A stretch of DNA of 60,825 nt, the filler included, from Sphacelaria rigidula (Eukaryota): assembly GCA_964200075.2 (NCBI GenBank). It is 4 parts of 4 records of this genome, joined end to end, with 100 filler letters (N's around TTAATTAATTAA, not from the genome) between each part and the next. Parts side by side here need not be neighbours in the genome. Positions count along the whole stretch, not along the records: positions 30,466 to 45,596 come from CAXNAA020001894.1; positions 45,697 to 60,825 come from CAXNAA020001895.1; 2 more parts are not named here. One strand, 5' to 3'. The notes below the pieces were generated by a model. It searched no databases and was not told the DNA's origin. It saw only the letters and a list, made by a program, of their open reading frames with translations. Below, piece by piece: positions 38,401 to 49,433 of the stretch; position 1 is the stretch's first letter, and each line of letters begins with the position of its first letter. The position numbers were made by a program, and so were the translations under genes.

Positions 38401-41400
38401 ATCCCATGAGGACGAATAGCACTAGAATCGCCGTCAGCATCCCGCCCCTGCCACGCCAAAACACCGACAAAGGCGCGATCGCAACAGCTATCCGGTGAGT
38501 CCAACTAGACCAAGACTTCATGCATTGTGAGGCAGGTGCCCGCAAGTGTCCGCGTTCACGGTCCGAGGTCGACCACGTGTACACACATGTCCGACTCCCC
38601 ACCCCAGCCCCAGCCGTGACCTCATGAGTTTCTGTTTCAAGAATGGGCGCCATGAGTCGGCTTCCCGACACAGGGAGACTAATTACATGATAATCATGAT
38701 GGCTCATGTAGTACCTGTTGGCCGGGCTTAGGAAGCCCATGAAAGCAAAGGTGATGGTGGATAGTGTCATGGCCAACACCTGCATGCCCGAACCGCACAG
38801 AACCGAGAGTAACATGGGGCTGAACGACGGGGGGCGGAATACGTCTCCATGCACAAGCTTCCACCCGCTCTCGTCCTGGGTGTCCTCTACCGTCTGCATC
38901 TGCACAGCGAAACCAATGAAAACGCCGGCGCGACACGACATGCAGAGGGTGTCAGAATACCCCTAGCACATCTTGCAAGGCAGTCAGGAATGCCAGAGTC
39001 GGTCCGCATGGATGTGCATACGGTGTTTTTTTTTATTTCTGACTTGGAAAATCAATCGATCAACGTGCTCGAAATGACATCTACACGAGGCACGACGTGT
39101 TCACAGTAGTACCTCGCATGAAGCCTTCACTTTATACGCTCCTTGTCGGGCCAAGGAAAGAAAAAAATACAGCTACCCCCTGTACGACTACACTCCTGCC
39201 AACACCGAAGGACTGCGGAACGTGTTGATTAATTGATATGCCATTTGTTGATCCCTTTGACGTTTTCCCCACGTAACTCACAACTCACCTCATTGTAGGT
39301 ACTGATGTCCCTCTTCACTGTCTTGAGCATGATCATGGCCACCACTCCCGTTAGGAAGAGCGTGATCATCAACGAGTTCACGATCGAGAAGTAGTGGATC
39401 TCTCTCTGTACAGACACAGCCCGACACGAACACAGGAAACACGGAAACGGCGTCAACATCAGCGAGTCATTTGACATTGTAGTCTTCCCCGTCAACTGCG
39501 CGCGTGCGCAGCGACGGTGGCGCTCTCACTTCTCGCACGACCTGGTTCAACCAGGCCTTTCGTTCCTACAAACAAAATGACGACCGCCACTGACAGGATA
39601 GCATGTACAGCCCACGGTCCGGCTGTTACTACAAGATTCGCATCACTCGACTATCCGGCGGTGTTGCCTTCTTTTATTTTGGAGCAGGAAATATTCGGGG
39701 GTGACAAACTCATCCCACTGCCGTGTTTCATTAAATCAACCGTACCTCAGGGTTGCCGTTGATGTACTGGTCCCATCTGTCAGCCCACGGTGTGTTCGAG
39801 TACTCCCAGCGCACATCGTAGGTGAACGTCACCTTCCTCGACCAGACAGCAGAACAAACAAGGCGCGATCAAGAAGAGACAGCAATAACAGCTATTCATA
39901 ACCCATGGGTCTCAAAGGCGAACACCAGGCTACAGCAGCAAGCAGCCTAGGGGGGCAAGATCCATCCTAACAGCAAACGCTTATGGTACGACTTCATTGT
40001 ACATGCGGACGTAGACCGGGCCATGATCGAGACACACGAGTTGGAAAAAGCTCTCGACGCATGCCAGACACTGAATATTTGTATACTCACGCCGCATGTG
40101 TTATTGCGAGGAAATAGTACAAGGTGCGATGCCACATTAAGAAGCGTGAATTGCATGGCAGAAACAAGACCACTCGACCTGATATTTCAGAAGGCGTATC
40201 CGACATTGAAACGTAAGCGCATTGATGTTGCACCAGTCGTTGCTACGGGATGATACGTAACGAGAACAACCATATTTCGCACAATATGAATAACTTAGAG
40301 AAGAGAAAGTAACAAAAGAGTGAGCCATGACCAAAACCGGATACACAACACTCGAAGGGTACCCGCAATTCTGAGAGTATCCCACATCAAGTGAATGCCT
40401 TTCAAAAACACAGTCCCGTTCATAATCCACCTTTTGAGGGCTTTCCACCGACTGGCGGCTGAACTCCGTCATGTCCGTGCTCTCACGACAAGCGTTCAGT
40501 ACGCCCTCCTCGTTCTCGGCGAGATGCCTTTCTCGCCTTCGTCCCTGCATATTCCCCGAGCCTGCCTCACCACCGCTTCCCTCGTTTTTTTGGTCGCCTT
40601 GAGGCAACCTTAACCAAGACAATCGTAACAGCCCACGAGATGGGATATGGCAGACCATATGAGCGCTAAGCATAGCGTCATATGCCAATCCAGACCCTAC
40701 CAATAATCCGGAGGTGTGATGGTGAAAATACTTGGAAAAAAAACTGGAAATATAAACTAACAGGCAGGCAAACCGGAAGTGGTCTATGGACTAAGTGTAT
40801 ATTTGTATGCTTTGGCTCCAAAACGGCTGGCCCAGAGAAAACGTTGAGGGGATTCACGGCCACCGTGCACAACAATATACACGACGGCCACTAGTGGGCA
40901 GGCAAATACCACATGACTAGAACGGTCCAGCGCAACCACACAAAACATACGAGCCTCAACTGTATGAGGCGGTCATTGTGAAGAAACTTCGGATGAACGA
41001 CATCGATGCTTGCGCCGGTTGACGTATTTGTATACATGCATATGCATCATACGTGAAGCACTCGTTATCGCTGGTGCTCACGCTAACATCTGCTCACCCT
41101 TCCTGGCGTTGACGGTTGACAGACGGTGCCACCACCTCAAAGCCGACAATGCGACTACCCTCGAACGCGTCCGACTCGTGGTATTTCACCACAAAGCTCA
41201 AGTGCTTGAAGATATAACGTACGCCGTCGTCCCCTCGGTACCCCACAGGAAAGCCGTGACTCGTCAGTCTGCACAAACAACGCCATCGAGAACACGCACA
41301 GCGCGAAGGCTTGGGTTGAATATGCGCTACATGGTGGGCGACACGAAGGAAATGCTCATTTCCGATGCACGTTGTACGGGTATTTAATCATGCCCTGCAC

Positions 41401-43582
41401 GAAGAGAAAGACAAATTGCTATGGACCTGCGCCTAAAACAACCATGTGGAAGGTAGTACGTCGTGCATCGCTCCGGCAAACTACATGCAGAACTCCCTTT
41501 CTCAAAGCTCCGCCATGAATAGACACCGTGATCTAGGACGAGTTGCACATAACGTCGGCCCAAGGGTCACAGCGCACAGCGCCCCCATGTATGAAACATG
41601 CCCCCTTATCCACGTGGATGCCCCACCCACCTACACTGGAAGGGCGATAGACTAGCGAGACTCTACTGTGGACCAATCTTACCGGTTCTCATGGATGGCC
41701 ACAGGGAGGCCATCCAGCTGCATGTGCACCTTGTACTCATTATCGACCAAGTTCTGGAAGTTCTTCATGTCGGCCTGTCAACCAATAAATGCCGTGTATC
41801 GAGTTAGAAATCATCCGCGTGAGTGTTACATAATACATGCTAGTATCATACCTCCACAGCGCATGGTGTAAAATATTTTGCCTAGACAAGACCGGAATAT
41901 ACAACTGCTTCACGAAAAATGATATGCAAGTGCTGCGCGAGGTGTAGACAGCATGACGACAGCAGCAACGAGTCGTTTGGATGCTGTGACAGCACTCCTA
42001 TTGCCGTCTCAGAAGCGACAGTTCACGGTTGCCACTTTTACACCCCTTGGAAGGTACGTTCGCCCTATTTCCACTTCCAACTTTGTCTTCAATTTCACTC
42101 ACTAACGAGCACTTTGATACAATTTCATACAACGCTGGCAATAGCCACTTGCAGTCATTTCCTCGCCTCGCTTAATTCAGGGCTGCATAGTTGTTGACAT
42201 GATACATCTGTCTTCATCCTGAGCTTGTATGGCGACGCCGCAATCTTGTCCCCCATCAACACCTGCATTGTCAACACCGACAAACATTTCCAACAGTCAA
42301 CGCCAGGATAATATTGAAAACATAGTAAGCTTACGAAGGTGCTGAGGTTAGAGTACAATATTCCAGGTACCCTGGCTTTCCAGAATATCTCCAGTGCTCA
42401 ATACTACAACTACCTGCAGTACCGAGCCGGAAGCAAGGAGAATGCCAGAGTGCGTGTGTACCGACTACCGAAGATACTGAGTACACCAGAGGAACTGGAG
42501 TACTCGGCTGCAGCAAATATTTTGAGCAGTGGTACACACGGTATCAGCTGTAAAATAGTGGACCCCGACGTGTACTGGGTACAGTATTGTGGGCGTACCC
42601 CGCACATGAATACACGTCAAAGTGGCCGGCGACAGGGTGATGATGTGTGCGGTGCAAACTACACAGTGTAGTTGGTCTCTTCATCTGTGGGAATTGCGGT
42701 TTAACTGCAGCACGTTGCACACATATCGACGCCAAGACAAAATACTGCCGGCAGTACAGTACAGTACAGTACACACACTCGAAACAATAGGAGCGGTCTA
42801 CCTGAACGGCATCATGTACGAACACAGCGCGCACCATCACAACACAGTGCGTACAAATATTTCCCAACTACAGCGTCACAGCACGCAGATCACACGCGGA
42901 ACAGAGCAGCTCCGTACACATACTTTGACCAACAACGACAATCTTCGGCGTCACAGCACCACGCCTTACAGGCCAACACCGTGTTGTCCTTGTCGGTGAT
43001 GCGGTCAACTTGTGGTAATTTCGGTGACGAAGTAATGGGTGGTCATTTTCGTTCCCTTGTGTTACTGGTTCTGCGTGATGCAGGCTGACACATGGAGTAC
43101 TCGCTTGCCGACAATACGTAGTACTTCATAGTACTCTTGGTCTCGACACCCAAACTACCCGTGCTCGGACTCTCCTCCATCTTGAGCACCTTTGTAATCT
43201 CGCACCGCATCTGTGCCACAAAAAGCTGCTGATTGTACGCAGGCTGCGTTGCTTTCCGTGCACACCGCCTGCGGGAATAGATCCACCCTCAATAGACGCT
43301 ACACGAAACCCGACAATGGATCGTTCAAGCAATTCATGCGCATGTGGCGAGTGAAATCATGTATATCGCTTTACCTGAAACATTGCGCTCACAACCAAGA
43401 GATCACGAAATTTACCAGACGTTCAGGCGAGTGGTGTACTGCAATAGTGACTAAGATACCTCGCCGAGATTCTCCGCCTCCTTAGATCGTGCATGTATCT
43501 CGGGTTTGCAGTAGGGCGCGTGGTAGTAGTCGAACGGGATCTGGGTCTTGACCGAGGTCAGCAGCACCACTTGCAGTTGTAC
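35438..43582 (-). CDS. TM9SF: Transmembrane 9 superfamily (nonaspanin/EMP70) protein, TM9SF2/TM9SF4-like; first coding exon not located
   Basis: Phase-consistent exons: 43582-43460 ([13 protein letters not shown]...ENLGE), 42262-42167 (VLMGDKI...), 41774-41683 ([12 protein letters not shown]), 41268-41098 (GFPVG...RIVGFEV), 40608-40431, 39832-39746 (FTYDVRW...RWDQY), 39405-39289 ([10 protein letters not shown]), 38899-38715 ([13 protein letters not shown]...SPANR), 38447-38270, 38016-37856 (PVRVNQIAR), 37407-37284 ([15 protein letters not shown]), 37050-36938 ([10 protein letters not shown]), 36221-36033 (WWWRAF), 35477-35438 ([12 protein letters not shown]). Confidence 0.95.
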
Positions 43583-44124
43583 CTGAAGGTGACACCAAAG
43601 CAACAGCGAACAATACAGGTTCAGGTAGGTAAAAAAATTGAAGACACCACTGCGCGGGTACACATCCGACCGTCACTCACAATACTTGTACGTAGATACA
43701 TTTACCATGTGACCACGGCTGGATCCCTGGGGGGGGGTCAGCTAAAGTGCGACAATCAATCAAATCAAATCAAATGATATCCGAACTTGCAGAAACGGCC
43801 CATGTCATTTTCCACCCTACTCTGCGACGTTACGCGAATTAAACATAAGTTATCGAGGTTTAGTTGTCCTAGCGTACACTCAGTCGCACAGCTGCACATA
43901 ATGAAACACCGCCAGGGCCGAAGCTCGTAAGAGTAGGGCGGCGCGTGTACTGCGCGAGGTGTACAGGGGTTTTTAGTGAGTTACGACTCCCACACTACCT
44001 TGACCAAAGCTTTCCGAATGCTCGAGGCGCCTACCCCATATGGCTGCTGCGAGGCGGTGTAACCGAGCCTTCAGGTAACGTGCACACGAACCCGTTTGCG
44101 GGTAAATGTTGGGTGAGCTTTACT

Positions 44125-44438
44125 CCTTCCTCCTTTTATCTATTTGCTGCACTCTGAACCCTTCCTTTTTCTCCGGACGAGTCCGTGGCCTCAAGGGATC
44201 AACCCATCTCTTCCCGGTACACGTCTTGCATTTAGGTCTCGCGGATTGATTGGGTCAGCACTTCCGCACCGCGTCAACTTACGCCAAACAAACTTAGTCA
44301 GCGACCTTGTTTTCTAACGCCCTCACACTTCACTCGGTGGGAAATACATACTACGAAGATAACACCCAACGCATCGGGAATCGAACCCTCGTTCCTTCCA
44401 TCCTAACGGCGACAGTCAGACTATTACACCATCGGGGC
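44125..44438 (-). mobile_element. tRNA-headed SINE-like repeat, copy B (plus a short 3' fragment at about 44490-44596)
   Basis: Minus-strand head with A-box-like TGGTGTAATAG and B-box GGTTCGATTCC. The body is homologous to copies A and C. Confidence 0.75.
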
Positions 44439-46083
44439 ACGGCGGCACTTACAGGAAATAAAAAAACACAAAAACACCGTTGTAATTGGGTGTTTTTATT
44501 TTATTTTACTCACGTGTTTGTCGCACTTTAAACCCCTCCCTTCCTCGGCCTGAGTCCGTGGCCTCAAGGTATCAATGTATCTCTCCGAAAGGTACGCTTA
44601 ATATTAATCCTTGTGGGACTGGGCCTCCAGAACGACCAATGAGGCTGGATAGGAATGACGTGTCCTGCATATGCATGAAACAGTGGCTCAACGTTGCTAA
44701 AAATCCACGTACGCATGTAACCGGAGGGTCAGAGGAAGACCGAGAGTTTCATATAATCTTTCTTCAGGTGCAGGTACAAACTTTATTATAATTTGGGTCT
44801 TGTGCGCATCAGGTAATGTACAGATGTATCAAGCGGTATGAGTCGCCGTGGAGATCTTTCAACAGGATGTGGCGACCGCCGCCCGCCACTTGTGGCCTTG
44901 GATATTGTCCCCATCACCTTGCCACAGAGCCCCTGTGGTCAGGACTGGCCGCGACTCCCCTCTTTAATGCAAGCGGCAAATTCTCTTCGAACGGCATGGG
45001 CGTTGCGCCGCAGATACAGTACAGTGCGCCTTCCCGAATGCAGCAGCAGCTGCCGCTGCATATTCCCTCACACGTTCTGGGCAGTTCTCCGCGACGGAGA
45101 TCAGCTGCCTATACACCGCTTGTTTGTTCCCGTCGATTACATACGACTTCACCCCCGCTTGTACCGCCTCGACAGAGGGATACGCAGAACTCATGCCTCT
45201 ACCCCCGTCTCTAGTCCCACAGCGTTGCTAGATTCAGTCGCCTTGTGAACATGACAACATATATAGTAGGGTACATTTATTCCCGAGTTTCCCCCGGGCA
45301 CTACGGGTTGGTGTAATCAACTAGATTTTACTATAGGATGGTGCCCCAAAAACACTCGGGGGAGTGGAGGTCGGAACTACATAAAATGCAAGTAAATGAT
45401 GAAAAAACGGGAAACCGAGCCCCGACAACTTAGGGTTTCTTTCTCGTAGGCTTTTTTGTGGGCCAGGAAAAGGGTACACACACCAACTTGTCAGTGACAT
45501 CACTTCCGGCAACAGCCCCCCCCCCACTGGTCGTTCTGATGTGGTCGATTCAATCTGCCTTGCCGTGATTGGGCAGATCGCTCCCAGACTTGTTTANNNN
45601 NNNNNNNNNNNNNNNNNNNNNNNNNNNNNNNNNNNNNNNNTTAATTAATTAANNNNNNNNNNNNNNNNNNNNNNNNNNNNNNNNNNNNNNNNNNNNATAG
45701 GGCGAGGCGCCGGGGGTTGTTCGGGCCCGGAACGCTGACCGCTCGTTTTTTTTTTTTTTGAGAACTCTCCTGTGTTTTTTGGGTCAAGAAAATGTGTTGA
45801 AAATTTTCAGCTCGTGCTTGAACCATGCAGCCGCGCGGCCGAGAAAAAGTAGGTCGCTTCAAAAACGGCCACTTTTCGCTCGTTTCCCAGGAAAGCAGGA
45901 TAGACCCGGGAACACGAAAACCACGGAAAATGGACCAGAAAATGTGAAAATCGCGAAACCATTGATTGTGGACATGTCGGTGATATTAACCTACGCACCC
46001 CCCATCCAACATTTTGTTAGCATCTAATTGCTAGTTATTGTTGTTGTTGTCTTCACATTAAAAACCGTTCCGATATCTGCGCG

Positions 46084-46537
46084 GTACATTTGTACTGGGC
46101 ATCCGATGCGGACGCCATCCGTGGTCACAGGCTAGCGAACCCCCCCCCCCGAAAAAACTAGACCCAGATTAAAACTCACAAAACGCGATGCAAGCAAAAA
46201 CAGGGATAAATAATAAAGAAGGAAAAACATTTGGCTAACCTCAGAAGATCCGGGCCGCAGGTGGCCACTCGGACTTCAGCGGGTGGCGCCCGGCTTTCCA
46301 ACTCGACGCGCGACGCCAAGTAGAAATGAACACAGGGTCCGACTGCGGGCGAGACTCGAGGCCCCAAATACCGCCAGCCAAAGAACTAAGAATCGCAACG
46401 TTCCATCTTTCGGCCTCTCGAGGGACAGCCATACGTACAAGCATACCGGGTGTACCAAGACAAGCACTGGATGACATAACGACACCCCTCATCGGGGGGG
46501 TTCATCCCCCAACCCCCCCTTCTCTGGACCGTCGTCG
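46084..46537 (-). mobile_element. Severely 5'-truncated copy of the LINE 3' UTR seen at about 29715-30212
   Basis: The reverse complement aligns from GACGACGGTCCAGAG to GATGCCCAGTACAAATGTAC. Confidence 0.75.
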
Positions 46538-47701
46538 CTAGTGCTCGGCGTGAAAGCGTCCAAAATCGGTCAATGATGGGGGGAAAATGGATCAACAAGG
46601 GTCAAAATGGGGTATATTTCGACCAAGTTTTACTGATGAAAACCATTTTTTTTCCGTTTTTTTTCTTTCATCAACTTCGTCTGCGCTTTCGCTATTCCAA
46701 CGAACCCAACCACAACATCGTCGCCACCACTGGCATTCCTAAACAATGTATCGCCGTTAGGTACCTTTACTTATGGGACAGAGTAAGTATGTTTGTGTGC
46801 AACTCGCTCATGCCGCAATCATCGCCGTGCGAGTGCGGGGCAGCATCCTCTTCTCGTTAAAGAGCATCGCTCAATACATGTAGCGGGCACTGCTACAAAT
46901 GGGACGCCGCACAGCGCCTATTCTTCGCGCGCGATACATGCAAGAATTAAGGGCCGGTGTCACTAGAGCACAGGCCGTGCTACAGGTTGTGGCGTCGGGT
47001 TTGCGTCACCTAACCCTATGAGCACAAGCGCATATGCTCCGAGGGAGTGTTCTTCGCGAACACTGTAGACTGTACTGTACTCACCACAGCAGTGTCAGAG
47101 AGCTGTAATGCGCAACATGAGGGAGCCATGTGCACTTCGGGCCGTCTTCGCCTCGCGGCGAATACGCACCGGAAACCACAAGTGCATTGTGGACATAAAT
47201 TGCTGTAGCATGGCGACATGTGCCGTTGCATGGCACAGCGCGCCGCACCGCAGCGAACCCGCTGCACCCTCTGTGTATATGCCTAATCCTTGCCACACTC
47301 ACGGCCTACTTTGCACAGACGGTACGCAGCAAGTACACGCCGACCACACGCGATCGCTTCACGGACTTGTCGTGCCTAACCCCACGTGTACACATATCGG
47401 ACAACCAATGCTTCCCAACTACGCGGCGGCATCCCTTCTTGCCCATCCGTCCGAGATATGCGCGGCCCATCCTCTGTAGCGCCAGTTATCCGTGCTGATG
47501 TGGATCCCTCTCTCCCAAAAACGTTTGCTCCCTTCGCACCATATTTGACGCCTTGGAGCATGACAGTCTCGATGTGTTTCGCCATGGATGATTAATCATA
47601 TGTCCTTAACATGCCTCGATAATATTGAAAAGGAAAAACACTGACGCACAGAATCGGCCTCTTTTTAAAATCTCACCGAGAAGGCTCATCTCACCCCTGC
47701 A

Positions 47702-48010
47702 CTTTTTTTTTCTTTTTTTCCTCACACTCTGAACCCCTCCCCTTTCTCGGGATGAGTCCGTGGTCTCAAGGGATCAAGCCATCTATCCCCCGGTACGTGC
47801 CTTTCATTTTGGTCTCGCGGATTGGATCAGCACTCCCGCACCGCGTCAACTCGCGTCACACAAACTTAGCCGATTACTTTGTTTACTCACGTTCTCACCC
47901 TTTCCACCGTGGAAATAATATATTACGAAGAAAAAAACCAACGCATCGGGAATCGAACCCCCGTTCTCTCCACCCTAATGGCGACAGTCGGACTATTACA
48001 CCACCGGGGC
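47702..48010 (-). mobile_element. tRNA-headed SINE-like repeat, copy C, with A-rich tail
   Basis: The minus strand begins GCCCCGGTGGTGTAATAG...GGGTTCGATTCCCGATGC and ends in an A-rich tract near 47702-47720. Confidence 0.78.
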
Positions 48011-49433
48011 GCGGCACTAGTCGCTCGAAACCATCACCCCAGCTTCGAGCCTCCGGTCAAAGGCCTTCCCATCTTCTGGTGAGGCATGTCCGCTGCTGGG
48101 GTTGCCTCCCGGGTGTCAACACGCAAGAATCTCATCGATTTGAAAGGAGCTGCGGTGATTCGGTACCTTCCCGCTGGCAGCAAGAACGATTTCACCTACC
48201 CGGGGATAATATCAAACCATCCCCTCCCTTTTCGAGCTGTTTTTTTTTTGTCATCCATTTTGATGTTCGATCACACATCAACCTTGCCCGACCTCCCGCA
48301 ATGGCTAAATGGCCTACTTTGGAGAATATAGTAGAAATCGACCATATATTCTGAACATCCTTACCGACGATATATTTATGAACGGAGGAAGGGAGTATAA
48401 ATTAGACTACTGTTTCATGCTGTAAAATTGCACTCCAGCACCCGTGGGGGGAATGTGCATCGGTTCAAACGTCTATTCCGCCCTGCCGCGTGTGCCGCGC
48501 TGACCATCCTGACAAGTGTCTTCGCGCCGAACGCCTGGTGACGGGGTATCGTGAAGGGCCCATTACTTTGGCGAGATGAACATATGCGGATCGTTCCACT
48601 GCGCTCCTCTTGGTTGCATGATCCACAATGCTTTCATCATGCGAAATGATTTTGTGGTCAATCTTGCTTTATGCTGTACGTAGGATTTCCAGTAAGACTC
48701 GAAACTCATCGTTCTGGGAAGGATTGCATTCGTGAGAGGAATGTTGGAATGCGAATGCTGTTGTATCCCGCCCCGATAAGATATGGCCCAACAACCGCAT
48801 CGTGCTACTATATTCGCGACCTAGCTTTTCGGGTATCACCTGTTCGAGTGATGACATGTTCTCATTCAAACAATTCGACGAAGGATGAATATGCTGGCTG
48901 AGCAGGTCGCGATCAAGGGTTGTACACGGTTGTGTCTAGTGCTCTGGCAGGCGTCTCTGGTTCTTGCATCACGAGTCACGAGGCGATATTTTCGTCCTCT
49001 CTTTGAAGTTGAATCTGTGTTCTGCACGGTATGTGCTGGTGCAGTTTGTGTGTCAGTGTACGCCCGTGACAAAACGTAATGCGGCAGGCTGTACCGTATA
49101 TACTAGATATTGATGTAGTATAGGTGCTCAACGCAAGGGACGAGACACTTCAAGTTTGATAAGTCTGATAAGGTAGATAGCTCGAGGCTCTACCGCCGCG
49201 ACCATGTCGAGTTGATATCGCTGTCTCAAAATACAGCAGCAAAAGTGCGGTCAAACGTTGCTCGTTCATCACCCCGAACGCTTCCGTAGTCATCTCTGGA
49301 GGTGAGCAGACGCATTCAAGATCCAAGAAATGGAGGCAACCGTGCCACTGTAGCTAGACGCACTACTGGCCGACACCCACCAGCTCCCCTGGTTGCTAAC
49401 CACGTCAAGTACAAAATCTTGTTGACTCTTCAG

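Noticed and set aside
43600-43650. FFYLPE near the TM9SF 5' end, resembling the FYLPG N-terminus
   Set aside because: Out of frame with the next exon, lies in the acceptor region, and is not followed by the expected residues.
47940-48010. Possible tRNA gene
   Set aside because: It has A/B boxes but no convincing cloverleaf, and it recurs attached to the same body, so it is treated as a SINE head.
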